Source of the DNA: a virus | Taxonomy: Duplodnaviria; Caudoviricetes | Direction: 5' to 3' (one strand) | Length of the DNA: 44,746 bases | IMG/VR virus record: IMGVR_UViG_3300044297_000213 | Span: 1-44,746 of that record | Part shown: positions 37,058 through 44,746 of the stretch, piece by piece | Layout: each line of letters begins with the position of its first letter | How positions within the stretch are numbered: position 1 is the first letter of the stretch | The notes under the pieces: model-generated | Databases searched by the model: none | What the model was told of the DNA's origin: nothing | Seen by the model: only the letters and a program-made list of their open reading frames with translations | Position numbers and translations under genes: made by a program

Positions 37058-37064
37058 TGATCGA

Positions 37065-37388
37065 TCAACCGAGTGATTTGATAAACGCCGCGTAATCTCG
37101 CTTGCCCGCGCTCGCCCGTGCTTTCGGAGCCCGCGCCACGGAAATTCCGTATTTATATCCGAATTTCAGCGTTTCGTTATCATTGAGGTCTGCCCGGTCG
37201 ATAAACATTTCTTCGAATGCGTCCCGAGCCGCGCGAATGCCTTCATAGGCTTTGCGCAAATCATTAGGCAAGCTCGCCGGATCGATTTGTTGCCAGTTAA
37301 GGGTATTCGCGTCTTTGATAATCTTGTCCGCGACTTTAGCGAGGGTTTCAGCCTTGGGCTTGAAGGTAATTGCGGTAGCTTGTGACAT
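37065..37388 (-). CDS. Hypothetical early protein
   Basis: AAGGA RBS before ATG 37388. Confidence 0.7.
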   Translation of the reverse strand: MSQATAITFKPKAETLAKVADKIIKDANTLNWQQIDPASLPNDLRKAYEGIRAARDAFEEMFIDRADLNDNETLKFGYKYGISVARAPKARASAGKRDYAAFIKSLG

Positions 37389-37423
37389 GGGCTTGGTTCC
37401 TTCGGTTTGAGGTATGCTTAGGC

Positions 37424-37681
37424 TCATTCAATCTCAATATTATACAAAGTAGAAAAATAATATTTGATCAAATTTTTACATGCATTAATAGCCTTAGCTT
37501 CACTATCAAAGATAATATCTTTATATGCATGATTGTCAATCTTCCCGAAATATTTGATCTTATAGAAAACTTGATTAAAAACCTCAAAAATACTGATTTC
37601 AGCCGCGAGAAAACCGAAGACATGAATGGTAATAATATTACTATGTTTCCATTCTTTAACTTCAAAAGCTTTGGTTTTCAT
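37424..37681 (-). CDS. Hypothetical early protein (AT-rich)
   Basis: AGGAG RBS; first gene after the leftward promoter. Confidence 0.6.
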   Translation of the reverse strand: MKTKAFEVKEWKHSNIITIHVFGFLAAEISIFEVFNQVFYKIKYFGKIDNHAYKDIIFDSEAKAINACKNLIKYYFSTLYNIEIE

Positions 37682-37719
37682 GATCTTATCTCCTAATCAG
37701 CAACCTTGCCGATGCTTAA

Positions 37720-37748
37720 AACCTACTCCAATTCCTCCTCGCCGTCAA
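37720..37748 (-). promoter_or_regulatory. Leftward early sigma70 promoter
   Basis: TTGACG-N17-TAGGTT. Confidence 0.65.
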
Positions 37749-37966
37749 CAATTATTTTCGTCACAAAAATGTGAAAGGTTCATCATTCTTCCGGCACAAT
37801 ATTTGCTGCGTACATATATCCCGCACATCATATGCATTTATACAACAATGTGACATTAAAACCACTAATGGATTAATCAATTTCAAACATATCTACTTCA
37901 CCTGCGGATTTTATAAACCACCTGATAAATTCCCCTATATAATTCCAGATTTCCTATATTTTAATC

Positions 37967-37995
37967 TTGACTTTAACTTTATTATATAGTATAGT
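37967..37995 (+). promoter_or_regulatory. Rightward early sigma70 promoter
   Basis: TTGACT-N17-TATAGT with AT-rich upstream DNA. Confidence 0.8.
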
Positions 37996-38024
37996 ATGTA
38001 TACTGAGAATTGCGGAGGATTAAC

Positions 38025-38249
38025 ATGTCAGACTTCGAGTGGTTTGATGATAAGGAAAATGAAAGCCTCCGCCTTCGTTGGCGCGGTTATACTGTAGGTA
38101 AGATTTATAAAAAGCTTAAGAATCAAGGAATATCTTACATAGCTGTTCATCATTCATACACAGCCTCAAAATTTCAGATTAGCACACTAACCCTAGATAA
38201 TGCAAAAATTAGGCTTATTGAAGCTGTCACTAAAAATGTCAAATTCTAA
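38025..38249 (+). CDS. Hypothetical early protein
   Basis: GGAGG RBS before ATG 38025. Confidence 0.65.
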   Translation: MSDFEWFDDKENESLRLRWRGYTVGKIYKKLKNQGISYIAVHHSYTASKFQISTLTLDNAKIRLIEAVTKNVKF

Positions 38250-38259
38250 GGATTAATCC

Positions 38260-38487
38260 ATGACCTTCCTAGACTTCCTCGACCATCTCGCAATAATCTC
38301 AAGCAATACCAGCGTATTCTGGGACTGGTATAATAAAGATACTGAAGCGAAATATAATAATCTCCATATAATGTATCGCAATATCCTTACCGACGAGATG
38401 AAATTAAACCAAGCCGAGGAAATAGTTCTCGCATTCATCGCTTGCGCACGCGAGGCGACCGGTCAAATTTCCGCCACAATTCAGTGA
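38260..38487 (+). CDS. Hypothetical early protein
   Basis: AAGGA RBS. Confidence 0.6.
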   Translation: MTFLDFLDHLAIISSNTSVFWDWYNKDTEAKYNNLHIMYRNILTDEMKLNQAEEIVLAFIACAREATGQISATIQ

Positions 38488-38528
38488 GAAACTTGAAATC
38501 GTCGGCAAGACAAATCGAGGACAAGATC

Positions 38529-38825
38529 ATGATCGAAGGTAAAATTCTCCTACTTTGGGATGGTCTTCTAGAAAATACAGACGAATGGTTTGAAATAACC
38601 AATTTCGATATTAAAGAAATCGTATTACAATGCGATGGTGTTTATATTAACGCAACAAACTCTATTGAACAGGAAGAATTGGTAAATAAAATTCAATCAA
38701 TGCTTATTTGTGATATTGACGGCAACCCAATAGATAATCTCCCTTCTGGAGTAAAGCGTATAGACAATCGAATGACTCTTTTAGGGCCATATTCCGCGAT
38801 TATCAAATGCGGATTTGTTCCCTAA
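38529..38825 (+). CDS. Hypothetical early protein
   Basis: GAGGA RBS before ATG 38529. Confidence 0.6.
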   Translation: MIEGKILLLWDGLLENTDEWFEITNFDIKEIVLQCDGVYINATNSIEQEELVNKIQSMLICDIDGNPIDNLPSGVKRIDNRMTLLGPYSAIIKCGFVP

Positions 38826-38829
38826 ACCG

Positions 38830-38960
38830 GACCTCTCTTTCAAGGGGAACTCACATTCCTCTTCGACGAGCGATCCGCTCGAACGGAATGTACCAAAGAC
38901 CAGCGATGGATAGAAGCTCCGGCTTCAATGACCCTAAAACCCGACTGGTAGTGTCATTCC
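38830..38960 (+). ncRNA. Candidate structured leader RNA (multi-helix, possible pseudoknot)
   Basis: ACATTCC/GGAATGT, CGAGCG/CGCTCG, GAAGC-UCCG-GCTTC, AATGAC/GTCATT, ACCAG/CTGGT. Confidence 0.45.
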
Positions 38961-38979
38961 ACAACCTAGAGTGCTAGCA

Positions 38980-39648
38980 ATGGGAAATAAATACCAAGTT
39001 CCGATCTCGAAAGCCAAGCGGTCTATCGAGGTTGACGAAAGTGACCTGTCTGATGAAATGTTCAAGCTTGTGGTTGCGGAGGGCCTCAAAGTTCTCCTCA
39101 ACGCCAAGATGAGCACGATCAAGACGACAGGTAAGGAAGGCGAAGAACTCGCTAACCTTCAGGCTGAAGCTTACGCTAAGGCTGAAACTAACCTTAGTGA
39201 TCTCAAAGCTGGCAAGGTCTCCAAGGGCCGTGTCACCAGTAAGATCACCAAGGATGGCAAGAAGATTGCCGGACCGGTTCTGGTCGAGGCCCGTCGTCGT
39301 GCCAAGGAAATTGTGCGAAACGAACTCCGCGCTGCGAATGTTCGTATTTCCTTGGTCGCTGCGTCGGATATCACCAAGGCTGCGAATGCATTCCTCGAAA
39401 CCGACGCTGGTCAGCAGATCATCGTCGATGCTGAGGCTGCAATCGCCGCTCGGGCTGGTGTCAAGTCTGGTCTCAACATTCTCGACATGGTGAAGGAATC
39501 CCCGATCCTTGTCAAGCGTGCCGAGACTGAGAAAGCTGAGCGTAAGTCTGTATCCTCTGCGAAGCAGGCGGGTAAGCCTAAGGTCCGAGCCTCTGGCAAG
39601 GTTCCTCCGGCTAAGCCTAAGGCTCCCGAGACTCAGCCCACCGCTTAA
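38980..39648 (+). CDS. Lys/Ala-rich, probably abundant protein (possible DNA-binding)
   Basis: Strong GCT/AAG/GGT/CGT codon bias; basic KPK-rich tail. Confidence 0.75.
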   Translation: MGNKYQVPISKAKRSIEVDESDLSDEMFKLVVAEGLKVLLNAKMSTIKTTGKEGEELANLQAEAYAKAETNLSDLKAGKVSKGRVTSKITKDGKKIAGPVLVEARRRAKEIVRNELRAANVRISLVAASDITKAANAFLETDAGQQIIVDAEAAIAARAGVKSGLNILDMVKESPILVKRAETEKAERKSVSSAKQAGKPKVRASGKVPPAKPKAPETQPTA

Positions 39649-39656
39649 TCCGATCT

Positions 39657-39798
39657 TTCCAGCAATGAGCAGCCACTGAGATTCTATCTTACGTAAGCTC
39701 AGGATGGAACGGTTAGCAGCAATGAGCAGCCACTGATGTACGAAGAAATCGAACAACTTCCCTTGTCGATCGATCTACATTACGTAAGCTCAGGATGC
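39657..39798 (+). ncRNA. Tandem duplicated structured motif (A-stem-B x2)
   Basis: CAGCAATGAGCAGCCACTGA at 39660 and 39717; TTACGTAAGCTCAGGATG at 39689 and 39780; differing but self-complementary spacers. Confidence 0.6.
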
Positions 39799-39810
39799 GC
39801 CGTGATCATT

Positions 39811-39834
39811 TAGGAGGGACTACGGCCCCTCCTA
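39811..39834 (+). promoter_or_regulatory. Hairpin with C(UACG)G tetraloop
   Basis: TAGGAGGG..C-TACG-G..CCCTCCTA. Confidence 0.6.
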
Positions 39835-39890
39835 TCTCAACCCCCAAATAGAGTCCGGAAATCGAGTCCGGCTAAGTAAGGAACCAAGCC

Positions 39891-40418
39891 ATGTCTACCT
39901 CCACCATGAACGACATTCTCGCCACCCTGCAAGAAGGTAAAGAGGCCATTGAAGCGCAGCCGGGACTGCTGGCAACAATTGCTCAGCTTGAGCAGAAGCT
40001 CCGAGACTCTGAGGAAGCGCTTCGAACCACGGTTGAGAGCCTTCATCACACCCAAGACGATCTGACCAAAATCCGTGCCGACCTCCAAGCAAAGGAGGCA
40101 GATTATGAGTCCGCCACCTTTCGCGGCATGGAATTGGAGGATCAGCTTAAGGCTGTGGAAAAGTCGATGAAAGATATCATGGGCTTTTTCAAGCAGCCTG
40201 AGCCGGAGCCGAAGTCTGAGGCAGTTAAAACTGAGTCTGTCGAAACCAAGCCCGCTGAAACAGCTGAGGCCAAGACCAATCCTCTCGAACCTTCCTATGT
40301 GGGATTTTCTTGGTGGGCTAAGCCCGATAACGTTACCCGTGAGGAATTTGAACGGCTTGGGGGACAACGGATGGCTGAGCCGGAGTCAGAACCTGTAGCA
40401 AAGAAAAGTTGGACTTGA
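39891..40418 (+). CDS. Coiled-coil hypothetical protein
   Basis: AAGGA RBS; long heptad region, then PEPE linker. Confidence 0.75.
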   Translation: MSTSTMNDILATLQEGKEAIEAQPGLLATIAQLEQKLRDSEEALRTTVESLHHTQDDLTKIRADLQAKEADYESATFRGMELEDQLKAVEKSMKDIMGFFKQPEPEPKSEAVKTESVETKPAETAEAKTNPLEPSYVGFSWWAKPDNVTREEFERLGGQRMAEPESEPVAKKSWT

Positions 40419-40435
40419 TTTCTAGCAAATAAAAC

Positions 40436-40462
40436 TTGGGGCGGCATATTTCGCCGCCCCAA
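40436..40462 (+). terminator. Hairpin/possible terminator
   Basis: TTGGGGCGGC/GCCGCCCCAA 10-bp IR, weak U tract. Confidence 0.55.
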
Positions 40463-40495
40463 TAATCCTTTTAGGGAATTTAGGAAGATTTCACC

Positions 40496-40828
40496 ATGCA
40501 AACCACAGAATATGGCTTTGACCTAACCGAATTTCGGATCGGCGCATGGGAAAGGATATGTGCATTAATTGATCTCGAATATGCTGGTCGTGATGTAAAA
40601 AATTATAACACTTTTATGTGGGCAGGGCTTGGATTAATTGTTATAACAACCAATAATCCCATTACAGGTGAGTATCATTTAGGTGATCATATTCGTAAAC
40701 CTGAAATTGGTTTCGTAGGATATATTAGTGTTATTGGAAAAATTAATAGAGTAGCTCAATTTAAAAAATCTGTCTTAGAACGTGCTCTTTATGTAAAAAA
40801 TCATGGTGAAGGTCGGAATTATATATAA
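40496..40828 (+). CDS. Hypothetical protein
   Basis: 110 aa, AGGA RBS. Confidence 0.65.
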   Translation: MQTTEYGFDLTEFRIGAWERICALIDLEYAGRDVKNYNTFMWAGLGLIVITTNNPITGEYHLGDHIRKPEIGFVGYISVIGKINRVAQFKKSVLERALYVKNHGEGRNYI

Positions 40829-40844
40829 ACGAAAGGCCACTCCA

Positions 40845-41132
40845 ATGTCTGCCACTTCCACAACCTTCCCAATTCCCGCCAATGCCCTCACCATCTGGCG
40901 CGATCGAACTAACATCTTCGTCCTTCTTCCCGGCCCAACCGAAGCCGGGACCATAATCTCCTATCCCTTTGCTACCGGCGGACTTTCCAAAGCCCTTGCC
41001 CTTCTAGGTAAACAGCCCGATACCTCCGGTACACCAGAATACGCGCCCGCGCGTAGGCTCCAGCGTGTAGGAACACCTGCACAACATTCCGCCGCACATA
41101 TGATCCTTCAAAAACAAGGACTGATTCCTTGA
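40845..41132 (+). CDS. Hypothetical protein
   Basis: AAGG RBS before ATG 40845. Confidence 0.65.
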   Translation: MSATSTTFPIPANALTIWRDRTNIFVLLPGPTEAGTIISYPFATGGLSKALALLGKQPDTSGTPEYAPARRLQRVGTPAQHSAAHMILQKQGLIP

Positions 41133-41458
41133 TTGAAGATTTAATCACCGAAATAAATGATCTTGGTTGGCATCTTTATTCTTGCCACCAAACAAAAGAT
41201 ATCGCACGTGCTGATTGCTGGCAAATTACACTTCGAGAAATCACAATAGAACCTGTTGCTAAAGTTGTACACGCGCAGGGACATTCGATTTCATCTACTC
41301 TCGCTGAGGCTATAGATAAAATCCACACCGCAACTGAAACAATAAACGCGCAACCAACAATATACGAAGGATCTCTTGAACAAAAACCAGATTTCGCAAA
41401 GATAATATCAAAGCTTTCTGGTGAGAAACCTTATGTAAGACGTTGGACTAAAGATTGA
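41129..41458 (+). CDS. Hypothetical protein
   Basis: TTG start overlapping the upstream stop, AAGGA RBS. Confidence 0.6.
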   Translation: MIEDLITEINDLGWHLYSCHQTKDIARADCWQITLREITIEPVAKVVHAQGHSISSTLAEAIDKIHTATETINAQPTIYEGSLEQKPDFAKIISKLSGEKPYVRRWTKD

Positions 41459-41548
41459 GTTACTGGAAGAAATCCAAACCCGCGAAGCGGAAGTAGAGGA
41501 GCCTTGGCGTGGAAAATCAGAAGTCGATCAATGAAACGGAGTAAACAA

Positions 41549-41857
41549 ATGATTAAAGATTGGCTACGTGAGTTCTTGGGTATTAACACAATTCAAATTC
41601 AAATAAATCAACTGCACAAAGATATAGATAATTTTAATAAAAATATGGCAATAAACAACAGAAATGCTCATCTCAACCTCATGGAGCAAATCAAAATCAC
41701 CCAACTTGCCCACGCGCGCATTATCGCCAAAATAGATCCAGCATTTAACAAAGACATGGCTTCTCCCGAAGCTCGTGCACAATCCGATAAAATAGGCGAG
41801 GAGGTTCTTAAAAAACTAATTTCCGAGCATAAATTCAGTAATCCCAATGGAGTCTAA
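41549..41857 (+). CDS. Hypothetical protein
   Basis: GGAG RBS before ATG 41549. Confidence 0.65.
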   Translation: MIKDWLREFLGINTIQIQINQLHKDIDNFNKNMAINNRNAHLNLMEQIKITQLAHARIIAKIDPAFNKDMASPEARAQSDKIGEEVLKKLISEHKFSNPNGV

Positions 41858-41859
41858 CC

Positions 41860-42090
41860 ATGTCTAAATATTCCACCTTTGGCGGAGTCCCAACCCGCGC
41901 TGAAGCCTATCGCAAACTTATGCACCACATTGAAGAAGCCCAAGATCAAGCCGCGGTCCTTGCCCATCTTCACAACACTGAAGATTCAGAAATGGACAAA
42001 CTTATGGCCAAAGGTTGGCTCGGAATTTCAGAAATGTTTAAAATGACCCGTTGGAAAATCACCAAACTCGCCGCGAATAAATTCCAGTAA
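41860..42090 (+). CDS. Hypothetical protein
   Basis: GGAG RBS, operon packing. Confidence 0.7.
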   Translation: MSKYSTFGGVPTRAEAYRKLMHHIEEAQDQAAVLAHLHNTEDSEMDKLMAKGWLGISEMFKMTRWKITKLAANKFQ

Positions 42091-42101
42091 GGAATCCCCC
42101 T

Positions 42102-42482
42102 ATGCCTTATCCCGCTGATTCTCTCGCCGATATCTGGCTCAAAAAAGCTAAAATCCGTAATGCAGTTGCGCAAGCATCAATACCGCCATTTTGTATTTTA
42201 GAAGTAGCAAATTTCAAACCAGATTTGCCTAATCTGATTCTTGAAACAACAATTAATTTTAATCGGGCTGATGTTAAACGCTGGATTATATCTGAATTTA
42301 TCCTCGACGTAAAAGCAATTTACGAAATAAATCCATCCGAACGCACCTGCGTAGATATCACCAATTCTATCGCAGCAGAAATCAACGCAGAGCTTTGGTC
42401 ACAACGAAAAGTCGGAACTAAAAACCTTCTTGATTGGCTTGAATGGTGTGGGTTTACTGTATTTTATGGAGAAGATCAATGA
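42102..42482 (+). CDS. Hypothetical protein
   Basis: TAAGGA RBS. Confidence 0.6.
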   Translation: MPYPADSLADIWLKKAKIRNAVAQASIPPFCILEVANFKPDLPNLILETTINFNRADVKRWIISEFILDVKAIYEINPSERTCVDITNSIAAEINAELWSQRKVGTKNLLDWLEWCGFTVFYGEDQ

Positions 42483-42721
42483 CGAGTGAATCCCTGTATA
42501 GCGGAGAAATCACATGAAAACACCACCACATCTACTTCAAAAACCAAAATCCATATTTCCACGAACTGTCCATAGATCAACTCACAGAAGAAAGAAATTA
42601 TTGGCAAGAACAAGTAAAGATCGCATCAGAATTTGTCTCAGCTAAAGCTGCTGATAATTTTCGGAAAGCTTGTGAAACACAAATTGAACTGAGAGAACTC
42701 AAAAATGGCTACAGCGCGTGA
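42479..42721 (+). pseudogene. Interrupted or recoded small gene
   Basis: Protein-like frame 42518-42721 lacks its own ATG/GTG/TTG; in-frame TGA at 42515 after ATG 42479; out-of-frame ATG 42514 with RBS. Confidence 0.45.
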
Positions 42722-43247
42722 AAAAGAAATTGATGCTGTTCTAGCCAGAGCCGCAGAGAAATATAAATTAACACCAATAAAAAATGAACCACTGCCTATA
42801 TATAAACCTAAACGTTTAGTCACCTCCCGAGTTCTAGCCCTTGAAGCCGAAGGATATACTGTAAGAACAAGTTTCGGCAAAGGTATTATTTACGTAATCG
42901 ACGGCGACAATAAAATTTACCGAGCCCTTAAAACTGACAAATACAGTCCGCGACGTTTATTCGAAGTAAATGAACTTGCAACATATGAAGCCGCGCGAGA
43001 TTTGGTTTATAAAATAGCTGAGGAGCATGAAATAACCGTAAATTCCCTGTTATCCAAAAGCCGAAATATTAAAATCGTAACCGCCAGAAACGCAGCGATT
43101 AAAGCTGTGCATAAATTAATGTCACATTGGTCAGTTGTTGATCTAGGTGTATTTTTTAATTTAAACCACACAACCATATTATACAACTTAAACCGAAGAA
43201 AAAATAGAAAATGTAAATTAAACCTTGACAAATCAGATCAAATCTAG
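42705..43247 (+). CDS. Protein with DnaA C-terminal (domain IV)-like HTH
   Basis: IAEEHEITVNSLLSKSR...VTARNAAI...SVVDLGVFFNLNHTTILY. Confidence 0.75.
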   Translation: MATAREKEIDAVLARAAEKYKLTPIKNEPLPIYKPKRLVTSRVLALEAEGYTVRTSFGKGIIYVIDGDNKIYRALKTDKYSPRRLFEVNELATYEAARDLVYKIAEEHEITVNSLLSKSRNIKIVTARNAAIKAVHKLMSHWSVVDLGVFFNLNHTTILYNLNRRKNRKCKLNLDKSDQI

Positions 43248-43253
43248 TATTAT
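43225..43253 (+). promoter_or_regulatory. Sigma70 promoter driving the replication operon
   Basis: TTGACA-N17-TATTAT. Confidence 0.8.
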
Positions 43254-43277
43254 ATAAGAACACTAAGGATCAAGCCA

Positions 43278-43505
43278 ATGATTAAATTAACTCGTGTCTA
43301 CTTTGAAGAAGGTACAAGTAACCATATTTGGATTAATCCCTCACAAATAACTTATTTACTGGAGGCTTATAAAATTATTAATGATCGCATTTCAGACAAA
43401 AAATGTACGCATGTTTGTTTTCCTTCTACCGACGACTATATAGCAGTAGAAGAATCAATGGTAGATATTATATTTTTATGTAATGCAGTACGTAAGTTTA
43501 AATAG
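43278..43505 (+). CDS. Small FlbD-like beta protein
   Basis: MIKLTRV...IWINPSQI...VEES pattern; AAGGA RBS. Confidence 0.55.
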   Translation: MIKLTRVYFEEGTSNHIWINPSQITYLLEAYKIINDRISDKKCTHVCFPSTDDYIAVEESMVDIIFLCNAVRKFK

Positions 43506-43512
43506 GTGCCTT

Positions 43513-44746
43513 ATGACCAAGCCAACCCCAACCCATGAACAAGCTGATATTCTTGATTTCATCCGGTCATCAAAATCAAATCTTATGATCCGCGCTTACG
43601 CAGGTTGTGGCAAGACCTCCACCCTCGAAATGATTGATGAAGCTTCATCCATCCGCCCGAAGCTATTCCTTTGCTTTAATAAAGAAATCGCAAAACAAGC
43701 TAAGGATAAAATGTCATCAACTACATCTATCCGAACATTCAATTCCATCGGACACACCATCTGGTCCGACACTATAGCTAAAAAACTTACATTAAACCCA
43801 AAGAAAATTCTGGAGATTTATCGTGGAATCGTTGACGCCGCTGACAGATCGGATCGTTCTGATCTTTGGAGTATTTATGATCTCGTTCGTTCTGGCGTCG
43901 ATCTTGCTCGGGCTTTAGGCTACATCCCGGCCAAACATCAAAAATCAGATAAATCCCTAACAAGCTTCCATGAACTAGAACAGCTTCTCGATGAAACTCC
44001 GTCGCCAGAAGTTCATGCAATAATCGACCGAGTTCTTCTGGAATGTATTCGTTTGTCCTACCAAGGAATCGTTGACTTTAACGATCAAGTATATATGCCC
44101 GCATTATTTGGCGGACTTTTCCCGCAATTCCCTATGGTTCTTGTCGATGAATATCAAGACCTCTCACCTATTAATCACGCTATGGTTAAAAAACTTTCCC
44201 GTACCGCCCGCCAAATTGGCGTCGGAGACGAAGCCCAAGCAATTTACGCCTTCCGTGGCGCGGATGCCGAAGGAATGGATCGAGCTATCAAATCTTTTTC
44301 AATGGACGTTAAACCACTCTCAATTTCCTTCCGCTGTCCATCTGAGATTGTCAAAAACGTCAAATGGCGCGTACCTGCATTTCGTTCAGCTAAAGCTGGC
44401 GGTACCGTTACAATCAATAACTCCGCTAGACCTACTGATCTGGCAACCGTTCTTTGCCGCAACAACGCGCCATTAACCAAGCTCGCAATGCAGAGTCTTA
44501 TCGCCGGGCACAACGTTGATGTTTCCGGTATCGATATGGGCGCGCGCATTGTTGCGCACATGCGCAAACTCGGTTCTGAAACCATGACCCAAGCCCAGAC
44601 CATCAACGCAATCAACGAATGGCAAGCCCTAAAAGAATCCATGGACTCGAAATCTGCCCCAGACTTGGCAGAATGTATGCGCGTATTTGCTCGCCACGCA
44701 AAATCCCTTTCCGGTGCGATAGCATACGCGGAACATCTGTTTTCTC
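43513..44746 (+). CDS. UvrD/Rep-like SF1 helicase, 5' part (continues across the origin; about 467 aa total)
   Basis: Not in the ORF track. ATG 43513; translated by hand: Walker A AYAGCGKT, VLVDEYQD, GDEAQAIYAFRGAD, SFRC, VLCRNN; in frame with position 1. Confidence 0.92.
   Translation, partial: MTKPTPTHEQADILDFIRSSKSNLMIRAYAGCGKTSTLEMIDEASSIRPKLFLCFNKEIAKQAKDKMSSTTSIRTFNSIGHTIWSDTIAKKLTLNPKKILEIYRGIVDAADRSDRSDLWSIYDLVRSGVDLARALGYIPAKHQKSDKSLTSFHELEQLLDETPSPEVHAIIDRVLLECIRLSYQGIVDFNDQVYMPALFGGLFPQFPMVLVDEYQDLSPINHAMVKKLSRTARQIGVGDEAQAIYAFRGADAEGMDRAIKSFSMDVKPLSISFRCPSEIVKNVKWRVPAFRSAKAGGTVTINNSARPTDLATVLCRNNAPLTKLAMQSLIAGHNVDVSGIDMGARIVAHMRKLGSETMTQAQTINAINEWQALKESMDSKSAPDLAECMRVFARHAKSLSGAIAYAEHLFS
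44500..44746. repeat. Terminal overlap copy 2
   Basis: Repeats 1-247; implies a circular unit genome of about 44,499 bp. Confidence 0.95.

Noticed and set aside
37750-37960. Lysogeny switch between the divergent promoters
   Set aside because: The flanking genes show no repressor/Cro HTH, and no integrase or partition genes are present; the TCACA-N4-TGTGA palindrome alone is insufficient.
37961-37976. CtrA box over the rightward promoter
   Set aside because: Spacing is TTAA-N8-TTAA, not the required N7.
38900-38940. Fluoride riboswitch resemblance (GCGATGG...AATGACCCTA)
   Set aside because: Lacks the GTTCGCC-type strand needed for P1 and the pseudoknot; downstream gene context does not fit.
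38974-39756. 260-aa antisense ORF (also 39837-40367 and other long shadow ORFs)
   Set aside because: Explained by codon bias of the sense gene; no RBS and implausible composition.
39660-39797. Mini CRISPR array, given the Cas4-like gene
   Set aside because: Two different alternating repeats with 9, 10 and 43 nt gaps that base-pair; no cas operon; solo Cas4-like nucleases are common phage recombination genes.
1-44746. Genome-wide stop-codon reassignment, prompted by the in-frame TGA at 42515
   Set aside because: All core genes are intact in the standard code, TGA is used as a normal stop, and no suppressor tRNA was seen.

Overview
This window is an essentially complete, circularly permuted genome of a lytic podovirus (unit length about 44,499 bp). 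Bases 1-247 recur at 44500-44746 with one synonymous SNP. The structural genes are BPP-1/T7-supergroup-like, and the host is probably an Alphaproteobacterium (inferred from protein families and promoter style). I found no RNA polymerase, integrase, repressor, primase, tRNA, CRISPR or DGR. The rightward arm (38.0 kb through the origin to 9.3 kb) carries small early genes, a DnaA-C-terminal-like protein, a UvrD-type helicase, a Cas4-like nuclease, an AAA ATPase and an SSB. It also carries a family-A polymerase split into UDG+exonuclease and polymerase ORFs, and a DUF3987-type helicase. The leftward arm (35.4-9.3 kb) carries GIY-YIG, TerS, a fibre module, TerL, portal, scaffold, capsid, cement, tail adaptor and nozzle, three ejection proteins and the lysis cassette. 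A short leftward early operon and an origin-like palindrome lie at 35.6-37.7 kb. The most notable feature is four late, virion-type proteins (fibre, fibre chaperone, a second appendage protein and a capsid-operon protein). All four have Sec signal peptides predicted to be cut just before Gln, and exactly one Cys pair in the mature chain, which suggests virion parts that are exported and folded in the periplasm. Other highlights are the polymerase split inside its proofreading domain with non-canonical catalytic motifs, a tandem covarying RNA-like motif, a hairpin shared by both arms, and a G4-bearing palindrome. All family assignments come from motifs recognised by eye, not database searches.
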